DNA of 64,000 bases, from the NCBI GenBank assembly GCA_965204535.1, contig OZ241996.1:384001-448000 (forward strand). The letters run 5' to 3'. Of the stretch, positions 33,735-43,266 are shown one piece after another. The stretch comes from a bacterium. Lineage in GTDB: Bacteria; UBA8248. Both the position numbers and the translations under genes were made by a program. The first letter of the stretch is position 1, and each line of letters begins with the position of its first letter. Under the pieces are notes generated by a model. It was given only the letters and a program-made list of their open reading frames with translations, was not told the origin of the DNA and made no database searches.

Positions 33735-34899
33735 GCGCTCGGCGAACGACGTCGTAGTGCTCGCCGGAGAGCCGTCCGGAGACGTTCACGCTGCGAATCT
33801 GGTGAAAGCGCTTGCCGCCAGGATACCCGACCTCCAGTTATCCGGGATGGGTGGGCAATTGATGGCCGAGGCGGGAGTCGATTTGATTCACGACATCGGC
33901 GACATATCCATCGTTGGTTTCGCAGGCATCCCCCGCATTTATCCCAAGCTGAGAAAGATCAAAAAAGATTTCTTGAGGAGGATCGCGGATCACAAGCCGA
34001 AGGCGGTGATTTTTGTGGATTATCCGGGCTTTAACCTTTCGTGCGCGCGCGCGGTGCGCAAACTGCCGCAACCGCCCAAATGTATATATTTCATCACGCC
34101 CCAGGTGTGGGCCTGGTGGAAAGGCCGCGCCCGCATCATTGCGGATGTTTTTGAGCTGGCCTTGAACATATTTCCGTTCGAGCCTCGGATTTTTAACGAA
34201 TTGGGCGGAAAAGCCGTGTTCATCGGCAATCCCGTCGCCTATGAACTTCGAGATGCGCCTTCCAGGGAGAGCGCCCGGTGCTCACTGGGCTTATCGATGA
34301 GCGACAAGGTGATTTCGCTTCTTCCGGGCAGTCGCCTCAAGGAAATCGATTCTCACGTGGATGCCATGGTGGATGCGCTGGAGATTATCCATGCGCAGAC
34401 GCCGGGGGTGCGCTTTTTGATTTCAGAGGCGATTTCGTTGCCGGAGGGGTACGTTGCGAACCGCTTGAAGTCGTCCGGCGTCGAGGTAAGGGTCGTGAGG
34501 GGTGATGCGAAACAAGTGATTCGCGCGGCCGACGCCGTAGTCGTGGCGAGCGGCACGGCATCTCTCGAGACGGCTCTGCTGGGTGTGCCGATGGTCGTTC
34601 TCTATGCCGCGGATATCTTCTCGTATGCGCTGGTCAAGTATTTTTTGCTTCAAGTGGATTTCATCAGCCTTGTGAATTTGTTATCCGGCCATGAGGCGGT
34701 TCCCGAGTTGTGGCAGAAGCAGGTGCGCGCGCAACCCATTGCAAATGCCTTGAGGGAAGTGCTGTTCGATGACGACGTGAGAGCCGGACAGGTCAGGGCA
34801 TTCGAGAGGATTCAAAACGCCCTGGAAGGGGTAAACCCCTATGAATGCGCCGCGGCGCACATCGCGGCGGAACTCGGTGTTGAAGCGCAGGACGCGTAG
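33721..34899 (+). CDS. lpxB: Lipid A disaccharide synthase
   Basis: AGEPSGD, VDYPGFN, PQVWAW, IFPFE, LLPGSRLKE, ASGTASLE. Confidence 0.96.
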   Translation: MRSDERSANDVVVLAGEPSGDVHAANLVKALAARIPDLQLSGMGGQLMAEAGVDLIHDIGDISIVGFAGIPRIYPKLRKIKKDFLRRIADHKPKAVIFVDYPGFNLSCARAVRKLPQPPKCIYFITPQVWAWWKGRARIIADVFELALNIFPFEPRIFNELGGKAVFIGNPVAYELRDAPSRESARCSLGLSMSDKVISLLPGSRLKEIDSHVDAMVDALEIIHAQTPGVRFLISEAISLPEGYVANRLKSSGVEVRVVRGDAKQVIRAADAVVVASGTASLETALLGVPMVVLYAADIFSYALVKYFLLQVDFISLVNLLSGHEAVPELWQKQVRAQPIANALREVLFDDDVRAGQVRAFERIQNALEGVNPYECAAAHIAAELGVEAQDA

Positions 34900-34900
34900 C

Positions 34901-35632
34901 ATGAATGGAGATTCCATCGCCTATGATGAATGGGGCCGGAATCCCGATGCGCCGCTTTCGGCGCGGCTGGGAGGCTTGGTCATCGCGGGTTACCTGAAAG
35001 CGGTCTATGCCACTTCGTCGATGATCGTGCCGAAAACGGAATCGAATGAAAAAATGGGCCGCAAGCGTGATGAACAATTTATCTGGGCGCTCTGGCATCG
35101 TCATTTGGGGCTGCCCTGCTTCTTTAATGCGTATCATTCTCACCGCACATGTATGGCGAGCAGAAGCCGGGACGGAGAACTACTCGCTCAGGTGATGGCC
35201 CGGCTCGATACCCATTGCGTGAGAGGCTCTTCCTCTGTGTTGGACGGGAGCGATAAAGGCGGAACCTCTGCGGTTCGGCAGATGGTCAGGGTGGCGAAAC
35301 AAGGGAAGCATCAACTCGTCATCACGCCGGATGGTCCAAAGGGCCCGCCTCAGAAGGTAAAAATGGGCGTCATCACTTTGGCGAGCCTCACGGGATATCG
35401 AATTTGCCCGGTCGCTTTTGCGGCATCGCGCTTTTTCACCATCCCCACTTGGGACAAGACGATTTTGCCCCTGCCGTTCGGGAGAATCGCCTTTTGTTGC
35501 GGGGAACCTCTGGAAGTACCGCGAACCCGGGACAAGGGGGTGTTGGAGGCGAAGCGGGCAGAAGTCGAAAGGCGGCTCATTCATGCGAATGAAGAGGCGC
35601 AGCACCACCTGAAGAACACGGCGGGGAAGTGA
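34901..35632 (+). CDS. DUF374 lysophospholipid acyltransferase family (LpxJ-like secondary acyltransferase candidate)
   Basis: ALWH, SRSRDGEL, VRGSS, ITPDGPKGP, WDKTILPLPFGR. Confidence 0.8.
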   Translation: MNGDSIAYDEWGRNPDAPLSARLGGLVIAGYLKAVYATSSMIVPKTESNEKMGRKRDEQFIWALWHRHLGLPCFFNAYHSHRTCMASRSRDGELLAQVMARLDTHCVRGSSSVLDGSDKGGTSAVRQMVRVAKQGKHQLVITPDGPKGPPQKVKMGVITLASLTGYRICPVAFAASRFFTIPTWDKTILPLPFGRIAFCCGEPLEVPRTRDKGVLEAKRAEVERRLIHANEEAQHHLKNTAGK

Positions 35633-35639
35633 GCCGCTC

Positions 35640-36911
35640 ATGTTGTTTCTCTACAACCTCGTTCTTCTTCTCGTCTCGCCCGTATTGCTCGTTTATTTTC
35701 TGGTTCGCCTGTGGCTTCGGGGGTTCGACTTGCGAGCCGTTCGTGAAAGGTTCGGGTTTCCGCCCGGGTTGCCCGATGCGGAGGGGGGGCGTCTTTGGCT
35801 GCACGCCGTCTCCGTGGGGGAAGTGGGCGTGGCGGCTATTTTGATACCCGTGCTTTTGAAAAAGAAACCGGAACTCAAAATCGTTCTTTCCACGGTGACG
35901 CGAACGGGAAGAAAAGAGGCCGGAAAAATATCGGGAGTCGAGCAGCTCATCTACCTCCCCCTGGATTTTCCTGTGATTGTCCGTTCCGCCTTGAAGCGCA
36001 TCCGGCCGTCCATGGTCGCGCTCATCGAGACGGAGATATGGCCGAATCTCGTGGCGGAGGCGGCAAGGCGGAATATCCCCGTATCCATCGTCAACGGGAG
36101 GCTTTCCGAGCGTTCGTATCGTCGATACAAGCGCTTTCGATTTTTCTTCTCTTCAGTCCTCAAGCGCTTCAGAGACGTACTGGTGCGCGGGGAAGGGGAC
36201 GCCGGGCGGTTCTCGGATTTGGGCGCGCCTTCCGTGCGGGTCTCCGGGAACGTCAAGTTCGACGCGCCCGCGCCGCTTCAGGATCCCCCGCATGGAGCGT
36301 ATGGCTTGGGCGCGTGCCGGCACGTCATCGTAGCCGGCAGCACGCACCCGGGAGAAGAGAAACTGATTGGAGAGGTATTGTCGTCGGTTTACCGGAAAAC
36401 GCCGGGAGTGGGCCTGCTCGTCGCGCCTCGGCACCTGGAAAGAGTGGCTCAGGTGGAGGTAGACCTGCAGAATGCGGGAATTTCTCCCGTACGCTGGAGC
36501 CGGATGAAAGATACGGGCGGTGATCATCAGGCAGTCATCCTGGACGTGATGGGCGAACTGGCGGATGCGTACGGATGGGCAACGATGGCGATCATCGGTG
36601 GAAGTTTTATTCCCCATGGCGGCCAGAACCCGATAGAAGCGGCGCGCTGGGCGGTGCCGTGCCTGTGCGGCCCCCACATGGAGAATTTCGCCGAGGTGAC
36701 GCGTGAGATGGTGAAGCAAGGCGGCGCGATTCAACTGAGCGGGCGTGAGAATTTGGAGACGGCCGTCATGAAATGGCTGGACGACACGCAGTCTCGGAAT
36801 CGAGCAGGTGAAGCGGCCCGCCGGGTAGTGCAGAACAACCAGGGTGCTTGCGAGCGAACCGCGGAATATATCGTTCAAGTCCTGGCGGAATCGAATGAGG
36901 GCGCCGCATGA
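35640..36911 (+). CDS. waaA: Kdo transferase
   Basis: WLHAVSVGE, STVTRTG, ETEIWPN, NGRLS, GNVKFD, AGSTHPGEE, APRHLER, GGQNPIE. Confidence 0.96.
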   Translation: MLFLYNLVLLLVSPVLLVYFLVRLWLRGFDLRAVRERFGFPPGLPDAEGGRLWLHAVSVGEVGVAAILIPVLLKKKPELKIVLSTVTRTGRKEAGKISGVEQLIYLPLDFPVIVRSALKRIRPSMVALIETEIWPNLVAEAARRNIPVSIVNGRLSERSYRRYKRFRFFFSSVLKRFRDVLVRGEGDAGRFSDLGAPSVRVSGNVKFDAPAPLQDPPHGAYGLGACRHVIVAGSTHPGEEKLIGEVLSSVYRKTPGVGLLVAPRHLERVAQVEVDLQNAGISPVRWSRMKDTGGDHQAVILDVMGELADAYGWATMAIIGGSFIPHGGQNPIEAARWAVPCLCGPHMENFAEVTREMVKQGGAIQLSGRENLETAVMKWLDDTQSRNRAGEAARRVVQNNQGACERTAEYIVQVLAESNEGAA

Positions 36912-37993
36912 GTTTTCGGCGCGCAGTCCTGCAGGCCTGGGAGGGCAATCCCTCGGCCCCGGCCTGGTCCCGCATGTTGGCGAAGAGCCTCGGCCCCCTG
37001 GGAAGTCTCTATGGCGCTGCGATGGCGAATCGACGCAGGCGTTATGAAGCCGAAAAAGCCAATGTCTCGAAAATTCCCGTACCTGTTGTTTCGATTGGAA
37101 ACCTCGCCCTGGGGGGGACGGGGAAAACGCCCACGGTCGCCTGGCTGGTGGAAAAACTAATCTTGAACGGTCGGAAGCCCGCCGTGGTGAGCAGGGGTTA
37201 TGGCGGAAGACCCAAGGATGTGATGGTTGTGGGCGATGGGAAGGGAAGCCTGATGGCCGCGCCACCGGCCGCGGATGAGGCGGCGATGCTTGCCTGCCGC
37301 TATCCCGACCTCCTCGTGTTGACGGGTGCGGAGCGTTCTTTTGTGGCGAAGAAGGCGGTCGAGGAATTCGGAGCGAACGTTGTCGTGCTCGACGATGGGT
37401 TTCAACACCTTGCGCTTCACCGGGATATGGACGTGGTGGTATTGCGCGGAGACTCTCCTTTTGGAAACGGCAAGGTGGTTCCCGCAGGTGTTCTCCGGGA
37501 GCCGGTTTCGGCCCTCATTTGCGCAGACGCCGTTTTGCTAACGGGCGAATGCGCCGGCCGTACGAGAGAGGAAATTCAGTCTCTTATACCGGATATCCCG
37601 GTGTTCACGGGCCACCTTGAGCCCGATGCGCTCCTGGATTCACGAGGCGAGAATACGGGTTCACCGGATGAATTGAAGGGCACCAGGGTCGTTGCCGTCA
37701 GCGGCCTGGGGAATCCGCATGGTTTCGAGAAAATGCTTGAATCGCTGGATGTCGAGGTGATGGTGCATCACGAATATCCGGATCATGCCCATTATGCTTT
37801 GGCGGATGGCGTGCGGCTCGTTTCGTCCATGCAGAAGACCGGGGCCGATTTCATTCTCACCACGGAGAAGGATGCGGTGAAGCTGTCTCCTCTATTGAGT
37901 AATGCGCCGCATCGCGTCCTTCGCGTGGTGATGAAGATTGATGAAGAGGTGAATTTATCCGCCTTGATTGAGAAAGAGCTATTTTCATCCTGA
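36908..37993 (+). CDS. lpxK: Tetraacyldisaccharide 4'-kinase
   Basis: PVVSIGNLALGGTGKTP, SRGYG, LDDGFQH, PAGVLREP, YPDH, TTEKDAVKL. Confidence 0.96.
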   Translation: MSFRRAVLQAWEGNPSAPAWSRMLAKSLGPLGSLYGAAMANRRRRYEAEKANVSKIPVPVVSIGNLALGGTGKTPTVAWLVEKLILNGRKPAVVSRGYGGRPKDVMVVGDGKGSLMAAPPAADEAAMLACRYPDLLVLTGAERSFVAKKAVEEFGANVVVLDDGFQHLALHRDMDVVVLRGDSPFGNGKVVPAGVLREPVSALICADAVLLTGECAGRTREEIQSLIPDIPVFTGHLEPDALLDSRGENTGSPDELKGTRVVAVSGLGNPHGFEKMLESLDVEVMVHHEYPDHAHYALADGVRLVSSMQKTGADFILTTEKDAVKLSPLLSNAPHRVLRVVMKIDEEVNLSALIEKELFSS

Positions 37994-38007
37994 AGGGAGT
38001 GGGCGCG

Positions 38008-39096
38008 TTATCCCCTGACGGAGGCGAGAAAATAAGCCCCTCCCGCAAGGAAAATCGCATTCGGCCCCCAGGCCGCCAGGACGGGTGGGAGGCGTCCGGC
38101 ATGTCCGAACGATAGGCTTGCATGGAAAAAAACGAGATAGATGGCGCCGATTCCGATGGCGATGGCGACCCCCAGGGCGACTCCTCCGCTTCTGCTGCTT
38201 CGAATGGAGAAAGGCACACCCACAATCGCCAATACGAAGCTGATGAACGGCGCAGAAATTTTAGCCCACATATCTACGACGTAGCGGGTGGGGTTCGCGC
38301 CGCTTTTGCGCAAGTTTTCGATGTAGCGGCCGAGTTCCTGGTAATTCATTGTCTCCGGGTTTCTGCCGGCTTTTTGGAAATCTTCCGGTTTTTCCGTAAG
38401 CCCCAAAATTTTCTTTTTGAAAGTTTGTTGTTTGATTTTCCCCTCGCCCGCAAAGTCGTGGATCACGCCTTTGTGGAATTCCCAATGTTCTTTTGCGGGA
38501 AGCCAAACCACCTCATCTGCATCAATGCGTTGCGTGAGGCGGTTTTGCCGGTCCATCCGGTACAGGGTAACGCCTCTCATTTTTTCCGAAGATGGATCAT
38601 AGTGCGTGATTTGCCAGATGGTGTTGTTTTCCGAGCGATACCAGATTTTGTTTCTCTGGGCATGCGTGCGTAAGCCGGTTTTTTGGATATTGACCCGCCG
38701 AATGTATTCTCCGCGTTTGTTGGCGAATGGAACGATGTATTCATTCGCCAAGAAGGTAAGGAGGCTGATTCCCAGACTGGCGATGAGAATGGGCGCGATG
38801 ATGCGGTAGAGACTCAGACCCCCTGCGCGCATGGCGAGAACCTCGTTTTCTCTGGAGAAAAGAATCAGCGTGAACGTGCTCGCCATCAGAACGGTGAGCG
38901 GAACGGAGAGGAAAACGAGATGGGGTATTTTGTATAGGAAATACAGGGTTGCGTCGGCCAGGGTCGCGTTCTCTTCGATAAAATCATCGATGCGCTCGAT
39001 AAACTCCGCGGTAAGGAAGAGGGTGATGGCTCCCGACTGACAAAGAAACACCATTCTCAAAAACTGCATCAGGATGTAGCGGCTCAATATGGTCAT
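38008..39096 (-). CDS. lptG: LPS export ABC transporter permease LptG
   Basis: MTILSRYI, NEVLAMRAGGLS, YjgP/YjgQ topology, LPPVLAAWGPN. Confidence 0.88.
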   Translation of the reverse strand: MTILSRYILMQFLRMVFLCQSGAITLFLTAEFIERIDDFIEENATLADATLYFLYKIPHLVFLSVPLTVLMASTFTLILFSRENEVLAMRAGGLSLYRIIAPILIASLGISLLTFLANEYIVPFANKRGEYIRRVNIQKTGLRTHAQRNKIWYRSENNTIWQITHYDPSSEKMRGVTLYRMDRQNRLTQRIDADEVVWLPAKEHWEFHKGVIHDFAGEGKIKQQTFKKKILGLTEKPEDFQKAGRNPETMNYQELGRYIENLRKSGANPTRYVVDMWAKISAPFISFVLAIVGVPFSIRSSRSGGVALGVAIAIGIGAIYLVFFHASLSFGHAGRLPPVLAAWGPNAIFLAGGAYFLASVRG

Positions 39097-39105
39097 GGCG
39101 GGAAT

Positions 39106-40323
39106 TTATGATTTGCTTCGGATGAAGGGGGAAAAAGGTTTGAGGAGCAGACCCCAAATGTCGACAGTGTTGCGCAGCCCTGCGGTTCGTATCGTGTATC
39201 CCGCAAGGAGAGCCAATAAGATGTTCGGACTCCAGACAGCGACGGCGGCGCTGATTTGCCCGCTTTCCGCCACGCCCTCGGCAAAGGTGACGAGCAAATA
39301 ATAGAGGATCAGAACCCCCATACTCAGGGCCAAGCCGCCGTGGCGTCCCGAACGTCTGTTCTGTAGGCCGAGCGGCGCTCCCAGCAAAGCCAGAATGAGG
39401 CAGGTCAAGGGCACCGAGAATTTCTTGTGCAACTCCACGAGAACGGCGTTGTACCTGCTCGTTCCGGGCTCGTGTTCTTTTAACCTGTTTCTGAGCTCAT
39501 CAAGAGGAAAAGCTCGCAGGCTTCTGCGAAGCGCTTTCGTTTTACCGATGGTTTTCGTGAGATCGAAATTGAGGTCGTGGCTCTCGAAGCGCGTGATTTG
39601 ATAGTTGTTTCCGGAGAGAGAAGAGCCGTCATTCGCGCTGATTTTCTTGCCGGAGGCCTTCTCCGTGGCGCTGACCGTATGGACGGTTCCCCTGACGAGG
39701 CGCAGCCATACTTTCGAAGATGATGAGGATTTGAACAACATGCCGCGGTCGGCAAAGATGACCCGGTTCGTCCCGGCCTCTGTGGTGTCTGAAATCATGA
39801 TGCCTTTCATCACCTTGCCCGACGATTCGATTTCTCGCACGTAGAACATGATTCCATCGAAACCGTCATGAAAAACCTGCTCTCGAAGATCGAATGTTGC
39901 GACTCGGCTGTGGAGCATCTGTTGGCGGACTTCCAAAGTGGTGTTTTGACTCCAGGGAAGTCCGAACATCATGAGGAATCCGCTCAGGAGAGCGGTGGCT
40001 GCCCCCACCACTCCCACGGGGATGAGCTGAGAGTAGAAGGTCATGCCGGAGGCTGTCATCGCCAGGGATTCGCTATCGCTCGAGAGGCGGCTGAACGCCA
40101 TGATGCTCGCGATAAGGGTGGACATGGGCAGGGTGATGAGGAGCAGGACGGGCAATGCGGCGAAAAGAAATTGCGCCACGATTGAAATTGGCACTCCGCG
40201 GTTCACCACCAAATCTGTGAATTGAAACATTCTGTGCAGCAGGAGCACGAATGTAAGGAAAAACAAAGAGATGAGCAGATAGGACACCAACTCGCCCAGG
40301 ATATATCGGTGCAATGTCTTCAA
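39106..40323 (-). CDS. lptF: LPS export ABC transporter permease LptF
   Basis: LHRYILGE, FSRLSSDSE, ELHKKFSVP, LLGAPLG, WSPN. Confidence 0.88.
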   Translation of the reverse strand: MKTLHRYILGELVSYLLISLFFLTFVLLLHRMFQFTDLVVNRGVPISIVAQFLFAALPVLLLITLPMSTLIASIMAFSRLSSDSESLAMTASGMTFYSQLIPVGVVGAATALLSGFLMMFGLPWSQNTTLEVRQQMLHSRVATFDLREQVFHDGFDGIMFYVREIESSGKVMKGIMISDTTEAGTNRVIFADRGMLFKSSSSSKVWLRLVRGTVHTVSATEKASGKKISANDGSSLSGNNYQITRFESHDLNFDLTKTIGKTKALRRSLRAFPLDELRNRLKEHEPGTSRYNAVLVELHKKFSVPLTCLILALLGAPLGLQNRRSGRHGGLALSMGVLILYYLLVTFAEGVAESGQISAAVAVWSPNILLALLAGYTIRTAGLRNTVDIWGLLLKPFSPFIRSKS

Positions 40324-40481
40324 AGGGAATCCTCTGGAAGTCGAGTGCTTGATACGCTTACATCACACTATATGAGCGTTTACCGGAATGCAAAACGTGT
40401 TTTTCTGCTCATTGACGCCCATCACATCGGTTGATAGCGTTGAAAAAAAGCGGTTTTTGTTGCATTTCCCCGTGACTCAAG

Positions 40482-41564
40482 GTGCGGAGACGCATCGGGG
40501 AGGAATCGAGTTTGTCCGGCGATGCCCATCGGGAGGAGTTGCACCTCGTAGTGACGCCCACATGGATAGGTGACACGGCCATGTCCGCTCCTTTCTTTTC
40601 GTCATTGAGGAGAGTGCATCCACGGGCGAAGCTGATGGCGGCGGCGGGTCCCTGGACTTTTGGGTTGCTCCGCAGTTTTCCCTGGATCGATAGGGTCTTG
40701 CCGCTCGGTGCGGGGAAATGGTCCGGTTTGTTTTCTTTAAGGAGATTGTTAAGGAACCAGACGGTGGATTATGCGTGGATTCTGCCCAACAGCTTTCGTG
40801 CGGCCCTGATGACGAAATGGATAGGAGCAAGGCGGCGAATCGGGTATGGAACCGACAGCCGGGGCTGGTTGTTGAGCGACCGGGTGGCTCCTCCGCGGGA
40901 TATTTCGCATTTGGTGGATCGATATCTCTATCTTCTCGAGGCGCAAGGACATGAAACCCGGGCGCAGGTCGATGATTTCTGCATTACACCGGAAGCGCAA
41001 CAATTCGCGGAGAATCTGCTGAACCCGTATCGCGCGATGAGCAGCACGCCTTCGGTAGGGATTCACCCCGGAGCCTTTTTCGGCGAGTCCAAGACGTGGC
41101 CGCTGGAACATTTCAAAACACTCATTCACCGGCTCGTGGATAGCGGGGTAGCGCAGATCTTCATATTGGGCGGGCCGGATGAGATCGAACTTACCGGGAA
41201 ATTGAACGCGATGTCCGGGAGGCGAGCGGTGAATCTGGCCGGAAAGGATACTCTGGAAACCCTGCCCGCCCTGCTGTCTCGTCTGGACGTGTTCATCTCC
41301 GGCGATACGGGTCCGCTGCATGTGGCCGCGCTCGTAAAAACCCCGACGATTGCGCTGTTCGGACCCACGGACTATCGTCGAACAGGCCCGAGAGGGCCTC
41401 GGAGCAGGGTCATCCACAAGGCTCTCGATTGCAGCCCGTGTTTCGCGAGAACGTGTCCTCTCGGCCATCACGACTGCATGAAACGGATTACGCCCGAGGA
41501 GGTGGCGAGTGAGGTCGTCGAGTTGTTGAACGAAAAATTGAGGATCGCAAAAGATGGAAACTGA
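40482..41564 (+). CDS. waaF: Lipopolysaccharide heptosyltransferase II (GT9); start uncertain
   Basis: PTWIGDTAM, LPNSFRAA, RRIGY, HPGAFFGESKTWP, DTGPLHVAA, FGPTD, CSPCFARTCPLGHHDCM. Confidence 0.9.
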   Translation: MRRRIGEESSLSGDAHREELHLVVTPTWIGDTAMSAPFFSSLRRVHPRAKLMAAAGPWTFGLLRSFPWIDRVLPLGAGKWSGLFSLRRLLRNQTVDYAWILPNSFRAALMTKWIGARRRIGYGTDSRGWLLSDRVAPPRDISHLVDRYLYLLEAQGHETRAQVDDFCITPEAQQFAENLLNPYRAMSSTPSVGIHPGAFFGESKTWPLEHFKTLIHRLVDSGVAQIFILGGPDEIELTGKLNAMSGRRAVNLAGKDTLETLPALLSRLDVFISGDTGPLHVAALVKTPTIALFGPTDYRRTGPRGPRSRVIHKALDCSPCFARTCPLGHHDCMKRITPEEVASEVVELLNEKLRIAKDGN

Positions 41565-42156
41565 GGCAGGCGCCGTAAAGAAACCAGCGGTATTTTTCGA
41601 CAGGGACGGAACCCTGAACCGGGACGTGGGCTATGTCACCCACCTCGACGTGTATGAACTGCTTCCCAGGGCGGCGGCGGCCGTGCGCAAGGTGAACGAG
41701 GCGGGGTGGCTCGCCATCCTGATCACGAATCAGGCCGGCGTGGCGCGGGGTTACTTCTCCGAATCCATGATCGAAAAGGTGCATCGCAAGCTCCGGGACG
41801 AACTGGGCGGCAAGGGCGCGCGTCTCGACGCCATCTACTATTGCCCATACGTCCCGAACGGGGACGTCCCCGCGTACGCGCTCGACTCCAAGATGCGGAA
41901 ACCCTATCCCGGCATGATTCTCAAGGCGGCGGAGGAGCACGGCGTCGATTTGGAAAAATCCGTCATGCTGGGGGATAAGTATTCCGATTTGGAGGCGGGC
42001 TGGCGCGCGGGTTGCAGGTCAGGCCTCGTGCTCACGGGGTATGGTCGGGGAGAAAGAGAGCTTCGAGGCGCGCAGTGGCCCCGCCGACCGGATTTCGTGG
42101 CGGAAGACGCCTATCACGCGGTGGAAATCATTTTGAACGAGGGCGGGAATCGCTGA
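41554..42156 (+). CDS. gmhB: D-glycero-manno-heptose-1,7-bisphosphate phosphatase
   Basis: FFDRDGTL, TNQAGVARG, YYCP, RKPYPGM, GDKYSD. Confidence 0.92.
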   Translation: METEAGAVKKPAVFFDRDGTLNRDVGYVTHLDVYELLPRAAAAVRKVNEAGWLAILITNQAGVARGYFSESMIEKVHRKLRDELGGKGARLDAIYYCPYVPNGDVPAYALDSKMRKPYPGMILKAAEEHGVDLEKSVMLGDKYSDLEAGWRAGCRSGLVLTGYGRGERELRGAQWPRRPDFVAEDAYHAVEIILNEGGNR

Positions 42157-42157
42157 C

Positions 42158-43150
42158 ATGAAGTCTCCACTCAAAGAATATATTAAAAGATTCCCGTCCA
42201 TCCGCATGGCCGTGCTGGGAGATTTCATCGCGGATGAATTCATCCATGGCGTCACCTCGCGCATCAGCCGGGAAGCGCCGGTTCTTGTTCTGGATTTCAT
42301 CCGCCGCGAGATCGCTCCCGGGGGCGGGGGCAATGCGGCGATGAACGCGGCGGCCCTGGGCGGGAAAGTGCGGGCCATCGGCGCGTTGGGGGCGGATGCA
42401 GCGGGCGAAAAACTCCGCCGGGTGATGGAGAGACGCCGAATCGAAACCGGACTTTTGTTGGCGGAGTCCGAGCGCCTCACCCCCACGAAGACGCGCATCA
42501 TGGCGGGGGGGCGAAACACCAAACGCCAGCAGGTGATCAGGGTGGATCACGAAAAGCAGTTGGACTTGGGTGAAAGGCTGGAATCTCAACTCGTTGGTGA
42601 ATTAGAGCGAATGACGGATGACGGTCTGGATGCACTTTTGATCTCGGACTACGGTTTGGGCGTCGTGACGAAAGGCGTGAAAGAGGCGATTCGGAAATTG
42701 CCCGCCGAAATCATCGTTACGGTGGACAGCCGCCATGCGGGGGATTCGTTTCTGGGAGTCACGGCCATCACGCCGAATGAGGAGGAGGTGGCGGGATTGC
42801 TCGGGTATTGGCCCGATGAAGAGCGTCTCGACGAGGCGGGGGCTTCTTTGCTTGAAACAACGGGCGCCCGGGCGGTCTTGCTCACGCGGGGAGACAAGGG
42901 GATGAGTCTCTTTGAGGGAGATTCTCCAAGAACGGATATCCCCATCTACGGGTCGGATCAGGTGCTCGACGTCACCGGGGCGGGGGATACGGTGATCGCC
43001 GCGTTCACGCTCTCACTGGCTGCGGGCGCTTCGATGCGCGAGGCGGCGGAGCTCGCGAATCGCGCGGCAGGCTTGGCGGTAATGAAGGCGGGAACGACGG
43101 TCGTGGAGCCCCATGAACTCCTGGCGGCGTTTGAAGGGGAGAGCGCGTGA
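42158..43150 (+). CDS. hldA: Heptose-7-phosphate kinase (HldE/RfaE domain I, stand-alone HldA)
   Basis: GDFIADEF...RISREAPV, GGGNAA, SDYGLG, TPNEEE, DVTGAGDTV. Confidence 0.88.
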   Translation: MKSPLKEYIKRFPSIRMAVLGDFIADEFIHGVTSRISREAPVLVLDFIRREIAPGGGGNAAMNAAALGGKVRAIGALGADAAGEKLRRVMERRRIETGLLLAESERLTPTKTRIMAGGRNTKRQQVIRVDHEKQLDLGERLESQLVGELERMTDDGLDALLISDYGLGVVTKGVKEAIRKLPAEIIVTVDSRHAGDSFLGVTAITPNEEEVAGLLGYWPDEERLDEAGASLLETTGARAVLLTRGDKGMSLFEGDSPRTDIPIYGSDQVLDVTGAGDTVIAAFTLSLAAGASMREAAELANRAAGLAVMKAGTTVVEPHELLAAFEGESA

Positions 43151-43266
43151 GCATCCAGGAAAAAGACTATCGGCGTAAATGGATGCGAGTGGATTCCCTG
43201 AGTCAGGGTCTGGAGAAATTGCGCGAAGACGGCAAGAACATCGGGAGAGCGGCCCCGGATGGGTGA
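43147..43266 (+). pseudogene. hldC: Remnant of the heptose-1-phosphate adenylyltransferase (HldC/RfaE domain II) with its catalytic core deleted
   Basis: GTG overlaps the kinase stop; reads VSIQEKDYRRKWMRVDSLSQGLEKLREDGKNIGRAAPDG*. This matches the HldC N-terminus up to GKxI, where VFxNGCFD should follow. The stop overlaps the waaC start. Confidence 0.6.
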
